From: Patescibacteria group bacterium
Lineage (GTDB): Bacteria; Patescibacteriota; Minisyncoccia; GWC2-36-17; WO2-46-25
DNA length: 36,257 bases
Direction: 5' to 3'
Assembly: GCA_038062295.1 (NCBI GenBank)
Contig: JBBTXL010000045.1
Span: forward strand, 1-36,257
The position numbers and the translations under genes were made by a program. Shown in pieces: positions 31,976 to 36,257 of the stretch (position 1 is its first letter; every line of letters starts with the position of its first letter). The notes beneath the pieces are model-generated. The model was not told the DNA's origin and made no database searches. It was given only the letters and a program-made list of their open reading frames with translations.

Positions 31976-33121
31976 ATGGAACGATACACAAAAGCATGCC
32001 CGATGGTAGTTGAAACGGGTGGGCCCGGCAGCGGTAAAACGGATGGTCTTGCGTATTTTTCGGAGGAGCTTTCGAATAAGGGGTTCGCGCATGTATTCAC
32101 GGTTCCCGAGGTGGCGACGATGGTGTTTGCAAGCGGCATCACGAACATCCCGGAGATCATGGCTACTGACCGTGCGCGGTATGTGGAGATCGAACGTCGT
32201 ATTTTACGGATGCAGCTTATGCTCGAAGAGCAGATGCATGGATTTGTATCGTTATGCCCCGGTGAAAAGTCTGTTTTGTTGCTCGACCGCGGCGCCATGG
32301 ATGTCGCCGCGTATCTCACCAAAGACGAGTTTGAGCGAATCCTTAAGGAAGAGAGGCTGGATTATTATGATGTGCGCGACCGCTACGATGTGGTGGTGCA
32401 TTTGGTGACAGCCGCTATTGGGGCGGAGCAGTTCTACACCAAGGCGAACAACAAAGCTCGCTCTGAAGACATTGCCACGGCGCGCTTGCTCGATAAGCGC
32501 ACACAGGATGCCTGGACGGGAGCCGCGCACTTTCGCGCCATAGACAATTCCACGGATTTTGAGGGGAAACTGCAGCGCGCATTTAAAGTGGTGGCGCGTG
32601 GGCTGAAAATCCCGGTGCCGTTGGAGATTGAACGGAAGTTCCTGGTGCGGAGTATGCCGGACTTTTCAGCGCTTGGGGTACACGCGCAACCAGTAGATAT
32701 TGAACAGCAGTACCTTATTCCCAATGCAGACGGGGATGAGGTGCGCATTCGCAGACGCAGTCAGGGCAATACGAATGTGTATTACCGGACGGTCAAGAAA
32801 AAAAGTCCGCTCCATCATTTCGCGCGTCTGGAAAACGAAGATATCATAACGGCGGACGAATATCGTGCGCTTACGATGTATCGCGCTCCGCACTCGCGTG
32901 TCGTCCGAAAGACCCGTTGGTGTTTCGTGCATGAGTTCCAGTATTTTGAACTCGATGCTATCGTGTTGCCTGGAGAACTGTTCCTTCTGGAGATCGAACT
33001 GACAGAAGAAAACGATGTACTTACGCTCCCGTCGTTTGTTGATTTCCTACGCGAGGTGACCGACGACGAACGGTACACCAATGCCGCCATCGCGCGCGGC
33101 GAATGTCCTTTGGTTCCGTGA
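31976..33121 (+). CDS. P-loop NTPase/kinase (AAA_28/NadR-like) fused to a CYTH triphosphate-tunnel domain
   Basis: Walker A 'ETGGPGSGKT' at the N-terminus. 'EIERKFLV' (the ExExK hallmark of CYTH) starts the C-terminal domain, with 'LLEIELTEE' later. SD-like aagggggg upstream. Confidence 0.8.
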   Translation: MERYTKACPMVVETGGPGSGKTDGLAYFSEELSNKGFAHVFTVPEVATMVFASGITNIPEIMATDRARYVEIERRILRMQLMLEEQMHGFVSLCPGEKSVLLLDRGAMDVAAYLTKDEFERILKEERLDYYDVRDRYDVVVHLVTAAIGAEQFYTKANNKARSEDIATARLLDKRTQDAWTGAAHFRAIDNSTDFEGKLQRAFKVVARGLKIPVPLEIERKFLVRSMPDFSALGVHAQPVDIEQQYLIPNADGDEVRIRRRSQGNTNVYYRTVKKKSPLHHFARLENEDIITADEYRALTMYRAPHSRVVRKTRWCFVHEFQYFELDAIVLPGELFLLEIELTEENDVLTLPSFVDFLREVTDDERYTNAAIARGECPLVP

Positions 33122-33126
33122 AAATC

Positions 33127-33167
33127 ATATGCCCTGCCGGCTGTTTTGCCGGCGGGGCATATTTATT
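33127..33167 (+). terminator. Intrinsic terminator
   Basis: 14-bp stem atatgccctgccgg / ccggcggggcatat with one G:U, followed by a T-rich tail. Confidence 0.75.
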
Positions 33168-33243
33168 CACAAGGGGGACTTGCTCCCATGTCCAGGTTTG
33201 TGTATACTTGGTATTCAGTGTGCTATTCCCATAATTTTTTTAC

Positions 33244-33705
33244 ATGAACCACGAAGCATACATTTCGGAAGAGGGGTACGAAAAGTTAAAAAAGGAGCTC
33301 GAAGAGCTCAAAACGACGACGCGCATGGAAATCTCGCAGCGCATAGAAGAAGCAAAAAAGCTCGGTGACCTGTCGGAAAACTCTGAATACATGGAAGCGA
33401 AAGAAGCGCAGGAGTTCAACGAACGCAAGATAGCGGAGATGGAAGAACTGTTCCGCAATGCAGTGCTTATTTCCAAACACCGCAAGAAGGGTATTGTGCA
33501 GATCGGCTCTGCGCTGAAGGTCAAAGCGAACAAAAACGAGCTTGACCTGACCATTGTCGGTTCGGAAGAAGCCGACCCTGCTTCAGGGAAGATCTCAAAC
33601 CTTTCTCCGTTGGGGCGTGCGCTTCTGGATAAAAAAGTGAAAGACGTTGTTGACGTAAAGACCCCCGGCGGTGCGGTTGCCTACGAAATTCTGGAGATAC
33701 AGTAA
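33244..33705 (+). CDS. greA: Transcription elongation factor GreA
   Basis: 'GYEKLKKELEELK...EEAKKLGDLSENSEYMEAKEAQ' is the GreA coiled-coil signature. Confidence 0.95.
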   Translation: MNHEAYISEEGYEKLKKELEELKTTTRMEISQRIEEAKKLGDLSENSEYMEAKEAQEFNERKIAEMEELFRNAVLISKHRKKGIVQIGSALKVKANKNELDLTIVGSEEADPASGKISNLSPLGRALLDKKVKDVVDVKTPGGAVAYEILEIQ

Positions 33706-33795
33706 GCGTTAAACAGCGGATAGACGACAAAGTAGCACTCCTGCCCTTCGGTAAACTCAGGATTAAGAGTGCCCTATATCGAGCGTATCGAAGGA

Positions 33796-33822
33796 TTAGC
33801 ACTCTTGACACAAGAGTGCTAA
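33796..33822 (+). promoter_or_regulatory. CIRCE operator (HrcA binding site)
   Basis: TTAGCACTC-N9-GAGTGCTAA, an exact match to the consensus. Confidence 0.9.
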
Positions 33823-33833
33823 TTTCTTAAAAT
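33805..33833 (+). promoter_or_regulatory. Sigma70 promoter embedded in CIRCE
   Basis: TTGACA (33805-33810), 17-nt spacer, TAAAAT (33828-33833). The ATG is 12 nt downstream, so the mRNA is nearly leaderless. Confidence 0.65.
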
Positions 33834-33845
33834 ACCCATATATCA

Positions 33846-34553
33846 ATGCTTACCGAGCGGCAAAAACTGATCCTTGAGCGGGTGGTGGAAGAGTATATCC
33901 GGCATGCCCAGCCGGTGAGTTCGCATGTGATCGCGGAGGAATATGATTTTGACGCAGGCCCTGCGACCGTGCGCAACGAACTGATGGCGCTGGAAGAAAA
34001 CGGATATCTTGCGCAACCGCATACGTCGTCCGGCCGTGTGCCAACCGACAAAGGGTACCGGTTCTATGTCAACAGTATTGTTGCGCGGCAGACGCGGGAA
34101 CGAGAACAGATATATACAATACTCGCGGATATTGTGCGCATCAAGACGGAAGAACAGGCCATGTTTGCCGAGCTGGCGCGCGCCGTCGCCATATTTTCAC
34201 AAAATGCCGTATTGTCCGGCCCCGCGCGTTCGCGCGCATTGTTCCGCGCCGGCATCAACGAAGCGCTCCGCCAGCCGGAGCTCGCGGACTCCGATACGCG
34301 GCAGCACTTTGGCCGCGTCATTGACTCGTTTGAGGACAATATGAACGAGTTGTACGATGAACTTGAAGAGGGGAGCCCTGCCGTGTTTATCGGCCGGGAA
34401 AACCCGATATTGGGGGCGCGCGGTTTCGGCATGGTTGCGGCTCGCTACCGGCTTCCCGCGCACGAAGGGGTTGTGGTGATCCTCGGGCCCAAGCGCATGG
34501 ATTACGAGCGGAGCTTTTCCGTTTTGCAGGCGCTCACGCGGTTGCTGGACTGA
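33846..34553 (+). CDS. hrcA: Heat-inducible repressor HrcA (short, 235 aa)
   Basis: 'LTERQKLILERVVEEYIRHAQPVSSHVI..GPATVRNELMALEENGYLAQPHTSSGRVPTDKGYRFYV'. Confidence 0.85.
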   Translation: MLTERQKLILERVVEEYIRHAQPVSSHVIAEEYDFDAGPATVRNELMALEENGYLAQPHTSSGRVPTDKGYRFYVNSIVARQTREREQIYTILADIVRIKTEEQAMFAELARAVAIFSQNAVLSGPARSRALFRAGINEALRQPELADSDTRQHFGRVIDSFEDNMNELYDELEEGSPAVFIGRENPILGARGFGMVAARYRLPAHEGVVVILGPKRMDYERSFSVLQALTRLLD

Positions 34554-34559
34554 TACACT

Positions 34560-35054
34560 ATGAATACCCATCATCACGAGCACGAAGAAAAAAAGGAAGA
34601 TGGCGGCGAGCTTACGCAATGCAAGAAAGAGCGCGACGAATTTTTGGAACTGTCGCAGCGGCTCAAAGCAGATTTTCTCAATTACAAAAAAGATCAGGAG
34701 CGGGCATCGGCACGAATGCTTGAAACGGCAGGAGAGCATGTGATACGGGAAGTGTTGCCGGTGCTGGACAGTTTTGACCAGGCGCTCAAAGCGATACCGC
34801 CAGACGCGCAACACAGCACATGGATCGTCGGCGTGCGCAATATCAAAAGTCAGTTGGACGCGGTCGTAAGGAAGATTGGCGTGACGGAAATAAAAACGAT
34901 CGGCGAGCCGTTCAACCCGGAGTTTCATGAAACGGTTGCGCACGAAGAGGGAGATGACCATGGCCGCATTGTGGAGGAACTGCAAAAAGGGTACGAGTTG
35001 CGCGGGAAAGTGCTCCGCCCGGCAAAAGTAAAAATAGTAACAAATAATACATAA
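34560..35054 (+). CDS. grpE: Nucleotide exchange factor GrpE
   Basis: '[14 protein letters not shown]', '[12 protein letters not shown]' and '[12 protein letters not shown]' GrpE blocks. Confidence 0.9.
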   Translation: MNTHHHEHEEKKEDGGELTQCKKERDEFLELSQRLKADFLNYKKDQERASARMLETAGEHVIREVLPVLDSFDQALKAIPPDAQHSTWIVGVRNIKSQLDAVVRKIGVTEIKTIGEPFNPEFHETVAHEEGDDHGRIVEELQKGYELRGKVLRPAKVKIVTNNT

Positions 35055-35059
35055 CGATC

Positions 35060-36257
35060 ATGGCAAAAATACTCGGCATAGACTTGGGAACGACAAACTC
35101 GGCGATGGCCGTGATGGAAGGCGGCGAGCCGAAGATCATTGAAAACAAAGAAGGGAACCGCACGACCCCGTCCGTGATCGCGCTCTCCAAAAGCGGCGAC
35201 CGATTGGCGGGATTGCTGGCGAAGCGCCAAGCGGTGACCAACCCCCGCAACACTATTTTTTCGGCGAAGCGCCTCATCGGACGGCGGTTTACCGATTCCG
35301 AAGTGCAGCGCGACAAAAAACTTCTGCCGTACGAGATCCGCGAGGCGACAAACGGCGGCGTGGAGGTGAAGATGGGCGATACATGGCACACGCCGCAGGA
35401 ACTTTCGGCCATGGTGCTTGCGAAATTGAAGCAAGATGCCGAGGAGCGGCTGGGCGGGACGATCACCGAGGCCATCATCACGGTGCCGGCATATTTTGAT
35501 GACAGCCAGCGCAAGGCAACCAAAGACGCGGGCGAGATCGCGGGGTTTACTGTCAAGCGCATCATCAACGAGCCGACCGCGGCCGCGCTTGCGTACGGCC
35601 TGAACAAGAAAAAGAACGAAAAGATCGTCGTGTACGATTTTGGCGGCGGCACCTTTGACGTGTCGGTGCTTGAAATAGGAGACGACACCATTGAAGTAAA
35701 GGCAACCGGGGGCGATACGCACCTGGGGGGCGACGATTTTGACCAGCGGGTTATCCACTGGCTTATTGACGAATTTAAAAAGGATCAGGGCATTGACTTG
35801 GGTAAGGACATTCTCGCACTCCAGCGCTTAAAGGAAGGAGCGGAGAAAGCAAAGCATGAACTTTCCAGTACGGTAGAAACGGAAGTGAACATTCCGTTCA
35901 TTACGTCCGGCGAGGACGGGCCGCGGCACTTGAACGTCAAAATGACGCGCGCGAAATTGGAGGAACTGGTTGACGACTATATTGAAAAGTCCGTGGCGGT
36001 AACCAAGCAGGTTGTTGCGGACGCGAAATTCCAACTTTCGGATGTGGACGAAGTGGTGCTTGTCGGCGGCCAGACGCGCATGCCCCGGATGCAGGAAGAA
36101 GTGAAAAAACTGTTCGGAAAAGAACCGCACAAAGGCATCAATCCCGACGAGGTGGTGGCAGTTGGTGCGGCGGTGCAAGGGGGCGTTTTGGCGGGCGACG
36201 TGCGCGATATTCTGCTCCTTGACGTAACGCCATTGTCGCTTGGTATTGAGACGCTCG
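35060..36257 (+). CDS. dnaK: Chaperone DnaK (Hsp70), 3' end outside the window
   Basis: '[18 protein letters not shown]', '[19 protein letters not shown]' and '[12 protein letters not shown]'. The frame is open to the window end. Confidence 0.97.
   Translation, partial: MAKILGIDLGTTNSAMAVMEGGEPKIIENKEGNRTTPSVIALSKSGDRLAGLLAKRQAVTNPRNTIFSAKRLIGRRFTDSEVQRDKKLLPYEIREATNGGVEVKMGDTWHTPQELSAMVLAKLKQDAEERLGGTITEAIITVPAYFDDSQRKATKDAGEIAGFTVKRIINEPTAAALAYGLNKKKNEKIVVYDFGGGTFDVSVLEIGDDTIEVKATGGDTHLGGDDFDQRVIHWLIDEFKKDQGIDLGKDILALQRLKEGAEKAKHELSSTVETEVNIPFITSGEDGPRHLNVKMTRAKLEELVDDYIEKSVAVTKQVVADAKFQLSDVDEVVLVGGQTRMPRMQEEVKKLFGKEPHKGINPDEVVAVGAAVQGGVLAGDVRDILLLDVTPLSLGIETL

Noticed and set aside
13100-33240. 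Integrated prophage or IS/transposon explanation for the accessory block
   Set aside because: I recognised no integrase, transposase, terminase, capsid or portal motifs, no terminal inverted repeats, and no flanking tRNA. Only the ABC gene has flanking direct repeats. Foreign origin remains possible but is unsupported by mobility genes.
34197-35758. 262-, 259- and 277-aa minus-strand ORFs
   Set aside because: They are antisense to hrcA, grpE and dnaK.

Overview
36.3-kb window from a small-genome bacterium. Compact genes, short HrcA and ProRS, and housekeeping genes without a Shine-Dalgarno (SD) or leader suggest a Patescibacteria/CPR-like lineage, but this is inference only. Left flank (1-13.1 kb, all + strand): thpR-like fragment, bcp, mltG, holB, a BNR-propeller protein, frr, rseP, an orphan ORF, proS, mreB-mreC-mreD-mrdA and a TrmB-family regulator. 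Right flank (33.2-36.3 kb): greA, then CIRCE-hrcA-grpE-dnaK. Between them lie about 20 kb of accessory DNA with few recognisable functions. The most unusual part is 13.5-19.1 kb. A near-consensus TTGACA/TATAAT promoter heads a co-directional string of small Cys/His-cluster proteins, a receiver plus degenerate-receiver pair, and orphan ORFs. Most of these ORFs follow a near-perfect AAAGGAGGTGA SD. Long hairpin-dense spacers (about 0.84 kb with no ORF of 60 aa or more, and about 0.42 kb) separate the genes. The spacers carry a repeated family of SD-mimic stem-loops, a recurring ~20-nt motif and tiny SD-led micro-ORFs, two of which look paralogous (MK..YP.GF). The rest holds an ABC exporter flanked by ~45-bp direct repeats, a second TrmB paralog, a Nudix plus SpoT-type HD pair, a Tiki/TraB-like protein, a 1022-aa orphan protein and a P-loop-CYTH fusion. 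I saw no transposase, integrase, tRNA, rRNA or CRISPR array. All function calls rest on motif recognition by eye; no database search was run.
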